Part shown: positions 46,701 to 59,600 of the stretch, piece by piece | Layout: each line of letters begins with the position of its first letter | How positions within the stretch are numbered: the stretch's first letter is position 1 | Translations under genes and position numbers: made by a program | NCBI GenBank assembly: GCA_963924565.1 | Contig: OZ004610.1 | Coordinates: 10,354,001 to 10,418,000, forward strand | From: Ascidiella aspersa | Taxonomy: Eukaryota | DNA: 64,000 nucleotides | Direction of reading: 5' to 3' | Notes under the pieces: generated by a model | What the model was told of the DNA's origin: nothing | Seen by the model: the letters and a program-made list of their open reading frames with translations, nothing else | Database searches by the model: none

Positions 46701-47694
46701 GAAACAGGTAGGGGCCGTTTCTCTGTTAAAACTTATTGCAATTTGCCTCAACTCAAACCTCGCCTGTTGTGACTCAAAAGTCCCAAAGGAAATAGGTAAT
46801 TTTGTTTCCGCATATACCCTGGTGCCCGTCAATCAATTCTGCCTAATACGAGCTTGCTATCACCTTTAACCTTGAGTTTGTATTTGTCGCTGAAATTAAA
46901 TGAAATAAATTATCCCTCCCTGTTTGTTGGTTAACAGTGTTTTTTCTCAGGATATGTTCAAATTTCTCGCTAAGAATAAATTATTTCGAACTCCTCTGTT
47001 AAAAAAATATAGGTGGATGTTGTTTATTCATGTTCCGTTACGCAGTATGTACCACGCCATTTTCATAAGGAAATGTGGTTCGCGCTAATGTGCCTGTTGG
47101 TGCCAGCGTACTTAGATGTTGTACAATTTGCTTATTTGTATTGGAAGTTACGAAATCCGTGATCTTAGATTTCGAAAGACTCTGGTACATCGTATTTTCA
47201 AAATCGCAAGGAGAAAATCAAACTTATGTTTCAATAAAAAATGTTATATGATGCTCTTGTGTAGCAATGCTGATCAAGCACGATTTTACAAGCGGTCTAA
47301 ATTTGAAATTCGTCGCCTTACCACACGAGCACTATTATATATTTTCTTCATTAACGAAAACCTAACGTTTTCTTGTGTAACTATCATCGTCTAACGTTAC
47401 ACAAACCGTCGCACGTGACAACAATGTAGTAAGTTTTGCCCGACCGCGAAAGAAAAACAACCGAAACTGTTGGCAAACCGAAAACCAAAGTGACGCGCTA
47501 ATGTTCTATTCTTTCGTCACAAGGGCGAAGAGGATGACGCTGAAGTGCTCGTGAAGATCTTCGTCGAGTTTGCGGCCAACGAGGAATGCGACAAGGCGGT
47601 GACGGCGCTTAACGGAAGGTGGTTTGGCGGAAATCGCGTCACGGCCATTCACTACCCGCTCCAGCGCTACCTCGCCAACGACCTGAGTGCCTAA
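43791..47694 (+). CDS. PUF60: Poly(U)-binding splicing factor PUF60 (2 RRMs + UHM)
   Basis: Exons 43791-43871, 43984-44073, 44162-44323, 44637-44715, 44782-44872, 44954-45090, 45165-45283, 45352-45493 (GC donor), 45677-45781, 46171-46241, 46579-46707, 47524-47694. Motifs [95 protein letters not shown]. Confidence 0.94.
44357..44553. mobile_element. Palindromic MITE, GCGCTGGTCTAGAATCC family
   Basis: ggcgctggtctagaatcc ... tagaccagcgcc, with an internal gggttagggt/accctaaccc inverted pair. Confidence 0.75.
46015..46083 (+). other. Candidate poison (PTC-containing) cassette exon in PUF60
   Basis: ccttccag|...|gtaagt, 69 nt, in-frame TGA at 46065-46067 when joined to the exon ending at 45781. 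Preceded by an AG-free stretch, 45858-46012. Confidence 0.6.
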
Positions 47695-49188
47695 ACTATG
47701 CTGCAAATGTCTGTAAATGTTGTCGTTTTAAAGCTGCTAAAACAATCAACACTCACGTCAAGGGCACGACAAACACATTGTTTTAAAACTAATATGCGAA
47801 ATTGCGAAGTTTGCGAGACCTGTTACGTTTTGTTGGTAATAAGTATGCACTGGTGCAAAAAAACTACCTGGGATTTTGAAAGTTCGGCGCCTATGAATGC
47901 AAGGCATGAGTGTTGATAAAATGTTGCAATTTCGTGTGAGATCCAGTATCTGGACATAATTATACGCTCGATTTTATATGAAAAAAACACAGTTTTGCTG
48001 CCGGAATGGTCTGTTGGATTGTCACTGCCAGCCTAGGCCTTATTTTGAAATGTAAATTTTAAAGCCAGTTTTGTAGAAAAAATACTGATCTACATTGACA
48101 CAGTTGCTCAACGCGGTATTTAAAAAAACTGGGACATTTGGCGGTGTAATGGTCTTAGTTTTACTTTGGTTCAGGGGCGACGATTATGTCAGGTTTTTAA
48201 AAGAATACCGTGACTTTTAATTATTTTTTTTATTCAAATAATATACTGTTTTAGGGGCAGGAAAGGACATTGGGTATTTTATTGTTTCAAGTTTTTTCAA
48301 ATCGCCTTTGCAATCAAAAGTCCTAAAATTCGATTTAAACTTTTTATTGCACGAAGCCGTTACATAGGCTCTCTAGTCTCTACCTACCCATACACTTCAA
48401 TAGACTGTAAAATCGTGACGATGCCTGATTTCGCGTCAGCTTATTTAATGGAAATTATAATGACATACCAAGGGGCGTTAAGCACCTATTAATGAATCGT
48501 TAGTTCTCACAGCATAGCAAGGTCAAGTCATATTTCCTTACAAAAATAAAATGTAGACATTTGTTTCTCCTTGCTGCAAATGTATAACCCTAATTTGTAA
48601 AAAAAAACGGCTGTACCTAACAACGGCAAATGTTACACCACCACAATATGAGAACAGTGTACTTAAAAAAGTTATCAATTTAATTTAATACAAACACCAA
48701 AATGCAGGTATAAGTCATAAGATAAAAAATTTCCATTCTTGCAATGCTTCTTGTATGAAACCTATGCAGGTAATTATATCCTCATTTTGGGAAATACATT
48801 TAAATAAGCCTAAATATTGTATGTAGCTAGTTCAACATATATAAGTTTTAAATTTGTATCATGCCTGATAACAAAAAAACGTAATAGGTCCAACAACAAT
48901 AATATCGGTTAAACCACCATAAATAACATATGTCAACAAAGAACACTCCTGCAAATAATGAATGCAAAAGTATCTCATTAGGTTTATCATATACCAAAAT
49001 CTATTCATTTCAGTTAAAGGGGTTTAACACAATAAAAAGTACAGTTATACACAGAACAGCAAAAGAATTGAGTTAAACACAAAGAAAAAATAGAGATAGG
49101 GGCCTAGGAGCCAGCGGGTGATCCATTATCTGGTTTGGTAAATAACAACACATGCGACATGCATATTGGTAAGGTGGATGAAAAATTA

Positions 49189-51916
49189 TTAGCAATCTAG
49201 AAAGTTGGCAGCCATCAACAACTCCAATGCGATTTCTGGTGTAATGCAGAATTCTGGTATCTCTGTTGAACTGTTGGTGTATCGCACTTTGTAGATAAAA
49301 TATTGGCAAACCTTTGCAAGTACATGTGACCTACGCAAGAACAAAAATGTATTACATTTAAAAAGATAACCTTAGGCCACAAGACAATTTGAAATAGTTA
49401 CATCCTAAAAATATTGAACATACCTTCTACAGTGTTGAAAACGAATACCTATACTATGTTGGATACCAAGGTAAAATTGACCTCATTAGTCATTAGTAAA
49501 GCACATGAGTACAAAAGTTCTGTCAGACCCTAGTTCCGTGTTTCTCAGCCTTTTATGGCTAGCGGCATCCCTACAAGATTTTTCCGCAGGTAATTCACTA
49601 TAATGTCACAATAAAGGAACTAGAACAACACACAAACTCTACACAACGTAGGAAGTTATAATTGGATTTATTCCACTCTAATATTTACGTTGTTAGAGTT
49701 GAGCAAAAATCAGATTCTCAAATATCTCTGGGCACCCTTGAACATTAGAAATGGCACCCCAGTTGAAAACCACTATTCTAGCTACTTGCAGTCGGCATTG
49801 TGGTCCAAAATAACATAGTATAAAGTCTATTGCAAACAATATAACACTATGTGTGTTTTTGACCTCATAGCTCCAATATTTTATTTTGTTTTTGTTGCAA
49901 AGTTTTGCTAGTACAAGATTATTAGCATCAACTCAAAACCAGTTATCACTGTGCTCTAAATCAGTGTTACACAAACTTTTGCCACTTGCGGCACACCTCA
50001 AAAAATATATCCAAAATGACGATAAATACTTGGCTAACTGTCCAATACAACGGATGGAGGAAAGACTGGGTATGGTTGAATGAGGCAGAGGTGCACACAC
50101 ACAAAAAATATTTCTGGTTTACTATAGAAATGGATCAATATGCAGGCTATTGGAAAAACATATTCCCTGGTAAAAGTTTTGGGTTTGTATCTGTTATCAT
50201 CTGCCTCACAAAATAATCATAATGATACTAATTCCATAAGAGTTTTAACAGAATCCTTAAAAAAGCTGGTATTCGTATATTACCTATAATTGTAATGTGA
50301 TTTTAAATAGTTTTAAGTATATATAAATTTAAAGTTTCATTCAGTAAATGAACAAAAAGTGTTCAAATTAATTACAAATTTTAAGTTTATTGGTTTTGAG
50401 GAGTGACAATGAAAGTGTTCGACATGTTTATTTTAAAGCTGTATATTAGTAAACGATATTTAAATTTATTAAGTGAATAAATAAACAATACTTTAATTTT
50501 AGCTGTGTAGGAATATGATAGTTTTATTTTTGTGTGGAAAATAATTTGTCCTATTTATAATAATTCACCTCCAGGGGTATTGAAAACCTAATCCTAATTT
50601 TTTAATGTTTAAAATGCAGTCAAACAACAAGGTTTAATGTTTCCTAATATTGACCAAAACCGTGCATAACTTTTGTAGTTTGTCTAAAAGAACAAAAATA
50701 TTTGACTGCTAAAAGTCAGATATAAATGCTGTGAGTCGTTGTCTAATGGACCATCAGCAAGCAACAAATTCATTTTGTCTGAATGAAAAGTATAAAAATT
50801 CTAAAAGGTCCAGAAAGACTTGTGCACATAGCCATTCAGTTCTTTAAAGGGGTTTTCTATAGCAAATACAAATTACTCTTGGTATATTTAATAGTACTGT
50901 TATGGGGCATCAGGAAAACACACTTTAATGATAATTGTTAGAACAGCTTGGCTTTATAAATTATTCAAAAGCCTAGATGATAAATTTAATGACACCTTAA
51001 GCATCTGAAGGTGAGTGCTGTATGATGTACACTATTTTAAAGATGGCAGCACTGTAGGTTTGAACAATCTTAACATTAACAGACAAATTAATTTCCTGTA
51101 CTAACTGATGTAAGTTAATTTTTTCATGGGCTATGTCTAGACTAGATGCCAGAAATGCAAAAAAAAAAAACGAAGTCAAGATTTGTATTAACATATAATT
51201 ACATGAGCATCACACTTACGGGATTTCCCGAAAAGTAACTTCATTGGTTTCATTTTCTGCAAATTGACCTGGACCGCTCAACATTGATTTGATTGTTCCA
51301 GATGTCAGTGCATAATCTCTTTTGACAATAAACTCATGACCATCTGATGAGACCAACCTCACATACATCGAGTCAGCCCCTTCACACCCACCAAACTCCT
51401 CATCTAGTAACAAAAACATTAATATAATAGACATAATCCAGGTGAGAAAGTAAGGCCTGATAAATCCCTCACGCAGTTTCTCACTCGGTCGCATTCATAG
51501 CCGCATGTTCACATAAAATGCAGTCAGCGGCGAAAAATCACTCAAACGAGCAAAACTTTTGTTGCACTAACAGTTTTTGGTAGAGTACTCAATTTTCAGC
51601 CGCGCAAATTTTACAAATAACGTAAGCCGATGTTTTGGATAAACAAATATTAACAAAAATTGATTCCTATATATACTGTGGTTTCAAATCTTTAGATATG
51701 GAATATCATTTTCAGATATTCAACTTTGATTATAAAAAAGTAACACAAATATATATATTTCTATGAAAAGTTTAAGCAACAATATTAGGAATATTTATTT
51801 GTCTATAAGCACATATTTAACATCCACAAATGTCAGTTACTCCCTCTATGTTTTCAATACTAAACGGAAAACATGCAAAAGAGTTATTTTTAATTACCTT
51901 GTTTTTCTTCAGCCAT
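49189..51916 (-). CDS. ELOC: Elongin C
   Basis: Exons 51916-51898, 51403-51220, 49330-49189: [35 protein letters not shown]...[74 protein letters not shown]. Confidence 0.97.
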
Positions 51917-52074
51917 TTCCTAGAATAATATATTTAAATTCCAAGGCAGCAAACCTACGTGTCATCAGCCACCTGAAACAAAATATGTTTGGTTTAACTG
52001 TTTGTGGTGACTATAAATTAGACGGATTAAACCAAACATAAAACAACGAAAAACAAGTAAACGTAAATTTTTCA

Positions 52075-52242
52075 GGAGCTGGTCTTCTGGGTCTAGAATC
52101 CTACCACATTTTTCTTAGAGTTAGCGTTTGGGTAGGTCAAATATTATTTAATCCAACATATTTATGCCGCCCTTGCAATTTCAACTTTGACAACTCGTTT
52201 CGTTAGTGTTAAAATAAATGTGGTGGGATTCTAGACCAGCGC
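52075..52242. mobile_element. Palindromic MITE, GCGCTGGTCTAGAATCC family
   Basis: ggtctagaatcctaccac ... gtggtgggattctagaccagcgc. Confidence 0.7.
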
Positions 52243-52729
52243 TGTTATTCTTTATACCTTGACTACTGTATATGTAAGACTGTCGATTGTTAAACACTAT
52301 TAGGCTCAAAGGTTAATGATATAAGGCAGCAAAACAACCAATCCATAGTGCATGAGATGGAAAGAAAACGCGAACAAATAACTGGCCACAAGTAGTCGTG
52401 GTTGCTCAAGTAACGAACTTACAAATCCAGGGCAGTAGAATCTTTTGCAACGACAAATCAATCAAACGGCAACCTGCAATAATTCTATTTTAGGAAATTA
52501 TCATACTAAATTTTGGGTGCAAAATGATGGATCAGACAGATGGGTTAATGATCTAAAAAATATATAAAAGTCAGATAGAAATTAATTTATCCGCTACAAT
52601 TTAACGTTTTTAATTTATTTTAGGTTTTCAATTTTTCAAAATATACTTTACTTCAAGTTACGAGTTTACTTTCAGGACAATTCATAATTTCCGGTTTTCA
52701 TTCTGTTCGACCATAATTGTTTTAAAACA

Positions 52730-53280
52730 GGCATGCAAAAGTACGGTTTAGGATGGAATTAAAATGTCTTATATTGTAAGCAGAGATCGAGTCGAACGAG
52801 TCGGTTCTGGGTCGATTTTTCTCGAAACGTAACCGAAAGTGAACTGTTTTTTGTAAGATTTTAAGGAACCGAAAATTTTGAAAGAACCTGAATTCCTTAC
52901 CCAAATACGAACCTGTTAAAAAAGCACACTCCAGCATGACGGTACAACATATTTATTTTTATGAGTTAATTTAGGCTACACCTTGTTCAAACTTGGCGCA
53001 GTTTGAAAACCATTTCGAAAAACTAATTGTAATTAATAAATGATAAAGAACAGGGTATATAATTACCAGAGACAATGCTGAAAGTATGTTGGCTACTCAG
53101 GGGATACAAATTGTATTTCCCGGCAACTGAAAAAAATGTGACATAGTCTACGCCGCAATATTGCGAAATTTGATGAAAAAACAAATGCACATTCATATGA
53201 ATAAAACGCACCATATTTAAAAAAAATCCTTGAACCTAATCCGAACTTGAACCGGAAAATTTAAACGGTTCGATTTCGTG
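52730..53280 (-). repeat. GGTTC/GAACC-rich element, inverted relative to 54358-56181
   Basis: Minus-strand atgctggagtg...ttcaggttctttcaaaat matches about 55982-56053. Confidence 0.6.
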
Positions 53281-54357
53281 ATTAGGAAGTCATAATAATC
53301 AAAGCAAGGCCTACGCAAAAAATATTTAAAAACTGAAATAATTTTTTTCTAAGTTTAGTGATAATTTTTAAAAGACGGAATTCCGAGTGAAGTCTTTGTA
53401 AAAATAACTTAATTAGTCCAAACAACTGTGTCGTTGGTCCAATTTGAAAAGTCCCAGTCCAAATCAATCTTAGATAAAGTCCACTACAGACAAGTCATTG
53501 ACATAAAGTAAACGTTAATTCCTAAAATTGGCAACTCGATCGTCCAATTAATTATGAGCAATAATTCAACCGCAACACACACAAAACAGACTAGGCCTAT
53601 TTACGTTCATTTTAAAGTCTTTTGTCGTAAAGACTTTAACCATTTCAACTAAGTCAGGTCATTTGTAGATTTCTACTTTGACCTGATGAAACACGGTTGT
53701 GAGAATTTTTTTTATATAATTTGTTGTTAAACAGTGCAATTATTTCCAGATTATAAAACAGGTACCCTTCAGAAATATTCTTTGTCTAGTCTGGACCAAT
53801 CTGCAACTCAAATATATTCGTCATACATTTAAGGACAGCGCCGAATATGTTTCGCATAAGAAAAAGTGTTATTGCATTAAAACTGGCGAACCTTAATATA
53901 AACCCAAAGGCTAAAGTGCTGCACAAATACCACATTAAAAGTTTTCACAAAACGCCTCGAAGCACATTACGAGTTTATCTTGTAAAATGGGCATGACCTT
54001 TTTAGAGATGACGTCACAATCTCAAGTCACAAAGTTACGTAACAAAGTAACATCTAAACGTGGCGTCATAAAAACTAACCTGAAGAACACCACACAGTTT
54101 GTTTATTTTGAAGTTTTTTTGCATTTGCGTAGTTATACAAAATATTCCAAAATACTAAATTTCGGGGTGCATTACCATGCACGTGTCCCCTCCTCTTTCT
54201 TGGATCCACCCCTGATAATAGCATATGTTAATATTTGTGATTGGTTTGTTCACTACCGAAGCCCATGTAAATATCCTAAAACAATTCCTAATAATATGCC
54301 TTGATTATCCGAGTCACATAAATTAATTATTTGCGATCAAGAAACTCCACTTTTATT

Positions 54358-56181
54358 CAGGGTGTCGAACCGTATGACTGGTTCGGGTTCAAGGATTTTT
54401 TAGAAATACGGCTCAGTTTCGGTTTCGAGCAATTTTATATTTCCGGTTCAGCTCCGGTTCGACCATCGTTATTTCAAAACCGGTACATAACGTTCCGGTT
54501 CGGATACAATATAACAGGTGTTCCCAACCGGGGGTACGAGATTGAACATCAAGGGGTACGAAGATCCTTGGACATCAGAGCAGCTTTTTAAGCAGATTTC
54601 ACAGTACAGTTTTATTTTGGAATTGTAAAGGATATGCTATTACAGGGGTCGACAACCTACGGCCCGCGGGCCGGATCCGGCCCGCCGATGTAATTCATCC
54701 GGCCCGCCGCCTCTTTGGCAAATTAGACACGAGTCTATTTCACATACTTTTTGACTATTTTAACTACGTAATTGCGAAAAATTTTCCCGCTTCGCGCGAA
54801 TGTTAATTCTACGTCAGCTTTGTTTACGTTTTGATGCTGCCTTTTCAGCTAGATCAGCGATTCTTCACTGTTGCGCTGTGGAAGGCTGCCAAGTACGTAG
54901 CGTAAAATGGGAAAAAGTTTTAATAAATATTGGATATATATTTTTTAACATTTTTCTATTTTCGGCAATGTAATGAAAACTTGCAAAAAAATTTAAAAGA
55001 AATACCGGTATACCAAAAAAATCGCGCTCGCTTCGCTCTCCAGCTGCGCTTTGTCTTCAAACAATTAACAAACACTGGCGAGCTATACATTAACTTTAAT
55101 GTTATCGCGTTCCCTCAAAGTAGTTTTATTACAGTTTTCATTCTCTTTGCATCAACACTTTACTGCCACTGTAAAATGTAATAATTAAACACGTTTTTAA
55201 GGGCAAAAATATCCAAGGCCTGCCTGGTTCACAGTTGTTCTAACGTTTTAATAACACAATTCGTAGTTATCATTTTGTGCGGCCCGCAAAGACCTTTTTA
55301 AGTTTGGTTTTGGCCCGCGACTAGAAAAAGGTTGCCGACCCCTGTGCTGTTACAATCGTTGTTTCAAAAAAAGCGACCAACTACAAAAAATGTTGTTATT
55401 TAGTACGAAACCTCAATGTCTTAATTTAGCCTATAACAGTGCGTTTTTTTAACTGTGGGTGATTTACGTGTCGTCTTGAGTATAATCGAACCATCGTTTA
55501 AGCGAATTTTATCAATGAAGCAGCAAAAACAAATATCTCACTGAGAAACGACAAACAAAACAACCGACATTAAATTTTTTCCGATTTTTGCATTTTTTAG
55601 TGAAATACCGGTTTAACTTTCAATTGAGCTATAAAAGCAATGCAGCCTAATTTAACAATATAAATCTGAAAAATTCCATCAGAATTTTTTGGGGGTACGA
55701 AGAACGCTCTGACCTGACGAAGGGGTATGAGCAGCAAAAAGGTTGGGAACCCCTGCAATATAAGTTGCGTTAAATTAACGACATATAAAAAGTCTTTGGT
55801 TAAATCTAAAAATGTAAAAAAGTGGGTCAATTATTGTGGAGCATAATCTTTGAATTGTAAGTAATTTTATCTAAGTTATGTGACGTATTATAAAACCAGC
55901 AACTCATTATTGAAATATACGAAAACTAAAAAATCAACGTTATATTTAATCAATAATAATATTTTTTTCATAAAATTTCGAATGCTGGAGTGAACCGCTT
56001 TTTGGTTCGGGTTCTCAGCTTCGGGTTTCGGAAGGTTCAGGTTCTTTCAAAATATGCGGTTCAGTTCCGGTCCGGCTCCTTTAAATCTTACAAAAAACGG
56101 TTCAGGTTTGGTTACGGCTCTGAAAAAATTGACCTAAAACCGGTTCATGAAGTTCCGGTTCGGTTTAGGTTCAATTCGCTG
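54358..56181 (+). mobile_element. Three-level nest: GGTTC-rich MITE > hAT MITE 54515-55755 > hAT MITE 54643-55344
   Basis: Middle element caggtgttcccaacc / ggttgggaacccctg with TSD caatataa. Inner element caggggtcgacaacct / aggttgccgacccctg with TSD tgctatta/tgctgtta. Confidence 0.8.
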
Positions 56182-56207
56182 CTTTTATGTTTTATTACAT
56201 TTCTGCT

Positions 56208-56220
56208 GTTGCCTGGCGAC
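56208..56220. promoter_or_regulatory. RFX X-box
   Basis: GTTGCCTGGCGAC about 420 nt upstream of the ATG at 56636; a related GTTGGCAAC at about 56472. Confidence 0.6.
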
Positions 56221-56635
56221 ATCAGTTCAAATTGGGTTTTACCCTAAACTACAACCAGACTGCTTGTTTGGAATGCTGATCAAGAATATTTTTAGTTTGT
56301 TCACGCCATTTATTTAATTTTTCACATAGCGTTCTAATTGTAGTTTTACTTTAAACGCTAACTGAAATAATTGTACTAATTGTGTGCGCTTAATTTCAAT
56401 TAACTGCATTTCGAAATGTTTTGGAGGGTTGACATTTGTTTTTGTTTCCAATCGTAAGTAACCAAACGTAAGTTGGCAACCGTGAAAAACGACAACATGA
56501 ATTACACATTATTAAAAACAATGCAAACAAATACAAAATTAATGCGCAATACTTTTTGTTACATTTTAATTTTATATTTACTTTTTTATTTTTAAAACTA
56601 AACAGCAATCGTAAAATCTATGCAAACAATTTAAA

Positions 56636-59600
56636 ATGTTTGGGTCTTCTGGCCCATGGGCTGCGTATGGCTTTAGAGAGATTGAAAAAGATGATGAAGA
56701 TGATAAACATGCCAGTCCTATTATGGAACTGGGATTTGAAGAAACACAAAACAGGCACAAGTAAATTTAACATGTAAACTTTAGTCAGATTATGATGTTT
56801 GCATGTTATGCTGTAAACATCAAATTGTTTGATGAATTTATAAATAAACTGAGCATTTAAATATTAATCAAGTTTCAAGTACATATCTAATAATCACTCT
56901 AAACAAACTTTTATTTGTTTATAAACTAATTATATTATTAAGAGGCCACCGTCAGTTGGCGCCAAATCCACGACTGGAAAGGCAAAAAGAAAGAGTTCTT
57001 GGGGCAACAGTGAAACGAATGATATCACAGCGGATTCAGCTACAACGTGACCTCCTTCGTGGCCTCAATAAGGACTACGTCAGTTCTGTTTTTCATAAAG
57101 ATCATTTGCTAGACCCGGAATACCTGGAATTGCAAAGTTTAAATGAAGGTATAATGACAGCTGAATATTGTTTGAAAAATTGTTTTATCTCTCTGTGTTC
57201 TGCAGGGACTATTAAAAGTGATCAAGATGATGCCTCTCTTATTAGTTACTCAAGGTTGCCAATGCGAAGCAATAAGGAGCACACAGTTTTAAAGACAAAA
57301 ACTCATGCAGTAAATAGGTATATACAAATGAAGTTATAGATTAAACCTAACAATATAGAGAGTCTACTGATGCTATGTATCAAATAAATACAATTGTTTG
57401 TGAAATACTGTTTAAGTAACAATAAGAGTTAGTAAATAATACCAAGATGCTTGTAAGGGTTCGACCAAGAAGTGCAGTTACCTTCAGTAGGCTCCCAAAT
57501 CAACCAAGAAGAAATTCACCCAACTTCCGTCGAGCTATTCAATCAACAAAAGGCAAGCAGTTAAATATAAATATAAGTAAATGAGTTAAAAATATGTATA
57601 TATATATTTGCTTAAAATGGCATAAAACAAGCCCCAAATTTAAACAAAATTTGGGAAAATCAAACATTTTTGCATTTTCATAGAAAAATTTGGGCACAAA
57701 AGATAGCATGACCTCAAACCACTCTTAATCCAACTTTGCAGGAAATTTAATAATAATTGCATGGATATCATATTATTTTTAATAAAGCGAACAGAATGAC
57801 CAATCAAGCCAAACATTTAATATGTTCTTGTTTATATTATATTAGCTTACACAGTTAAGGGGGACTGCTTGTACCTCTGTTTAATGATAACAATACTTAA
57901 AAAGCACCTATAACTTTTTTTATAAATTAAGGAGATCCAAGTGCTAGAGTACAAAGTGCCCCTGCAGGAAGAAGAAGAAAGCCATCACCAAAAAGGGCAA
58001 ATGAAGAAAATGAAGCCTTAAAAGACATGCTAAGGTTCAGTTTTATTTAATACTGGTATTAAATACACCTAACATTTTATGTATCTTCATGAAATATGTG
58101 GTCATTAATGTTATTATAGTTAAGTAAAAAGTATTACTAAATATTACATTATTAGTTTGGTATTAGGGAAACTGTCAATAAATAATCATTCTTTTTTTTC
58201 AGTTTGCACATCCTCTATTTATAATTTCTTTACATATAGACTTAAAGGCAAAACTAGGCTTGCATATATATTTCTTTCTAAAAACAGTTAAAAATTATTA
58301 TAATTTTAGACATACTCGCAGTGGATGTGAGTTTTGCCCAGTTGACTGTCGTCAAGTATCTAACAGTGCTTGGAGACCAACATCATCTACTGGCTTACAA
58401 GCTGTGTCTGGACCTAACCATTATCAGTATTACAATTATGATCGCTACATCAAATATCAGAGACCAAAATCTGCTATTGGACAGGTCTGATAAATTAGCT
58501 TATCTGGTTGAAATTTCTTTATTGACGATTTGTTAACTTTGTCTAATAGCGCCGTGAGTACCTGGAACGTACAGGAAGGTCAAGACAAGTGACACCCAAA
58601 TTCACCAACATTGTTTCTTCATGTCGATTTCACCCAAAAGAAAGAAAAACGTAGCCTCATACTTTAAGGACCTTTTAAGTTGTCACTGTTTGAATATGTA
58701 ATCTATTTTACAATGATACCATGCATTGCAGGAGTCCAGACAACAGATCACTTAGATCAGGTTCATCCCCCGAGAGGCCACACACAATAGATGCGTGGAC
58801 TGAAGACACACAATTGGTAAAAAAGGTTATGGTTTCTGTCCAAGTATGCCATAAAATACACAAAAATACCTAGAATAGTGTTATTAAACAGTTTTTAATG
58901 GGGGCCACAAAATAACTTTTAATTTGTGTGGACCAGGGTTAATACGATATTTTAAAAAATGACCTCCTTATGTTTTCGATCCAATTAATCTGAAACTGAA
59001 AATACAAAAAGAGTGCACCAAAGTGATTTTTTTAACTCGAAAAAAATACTCCATTTTTCAAATCATACGCTAAGATTTTAATTGGACATTAATGGGAATC
59101 CTAAAAAAAATTCCACATACCCCTAAGGGCTAGATCAGTGGTTATTGACCTTTCATTCTTTCAGGGCCCATTTTCATTGCACAAAAATTCTGTGGCTCAA
59201 TAAATTTTATGAAAGAAAAAACTTTAAAATAGGTTTAGAACTGAAACAACACAACCTATTTCAAAACAGAATATATATACATATATTTTTTTTAATATTT
59301 ACTTAATAAATTTGCATTTTATATACATTCCTTCTCAATTTCTCCGTAGGAATTATTCCTGTAAAATTAGGTGTAGGTACTCAAATGAAACTAAATTCTT
59401 CAATAAATCTTGTTTTGTCAATTTGGTTTGTGGCCCACCTCAAAATATTTTCATGGCACACCAGTAGGTTGAGAACCACTCGGCTAGAAAGACTCCAGTT
59501 TAAAACTCTTTGACCTAGAGGAAATCTATCCAGGGCATTTACATAATTACATAAATTTCCTCGACAGGGTTACCATATACTACATACAGAACGTATACTA

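Noticed and set aside
51404-51494. N-terminal extension of Elongin C suggested by ORF 51216-51494
   Set aside because: Intronic and overlapping a dispersed repeat; the upstream exon 51916-51898 splices in frame.
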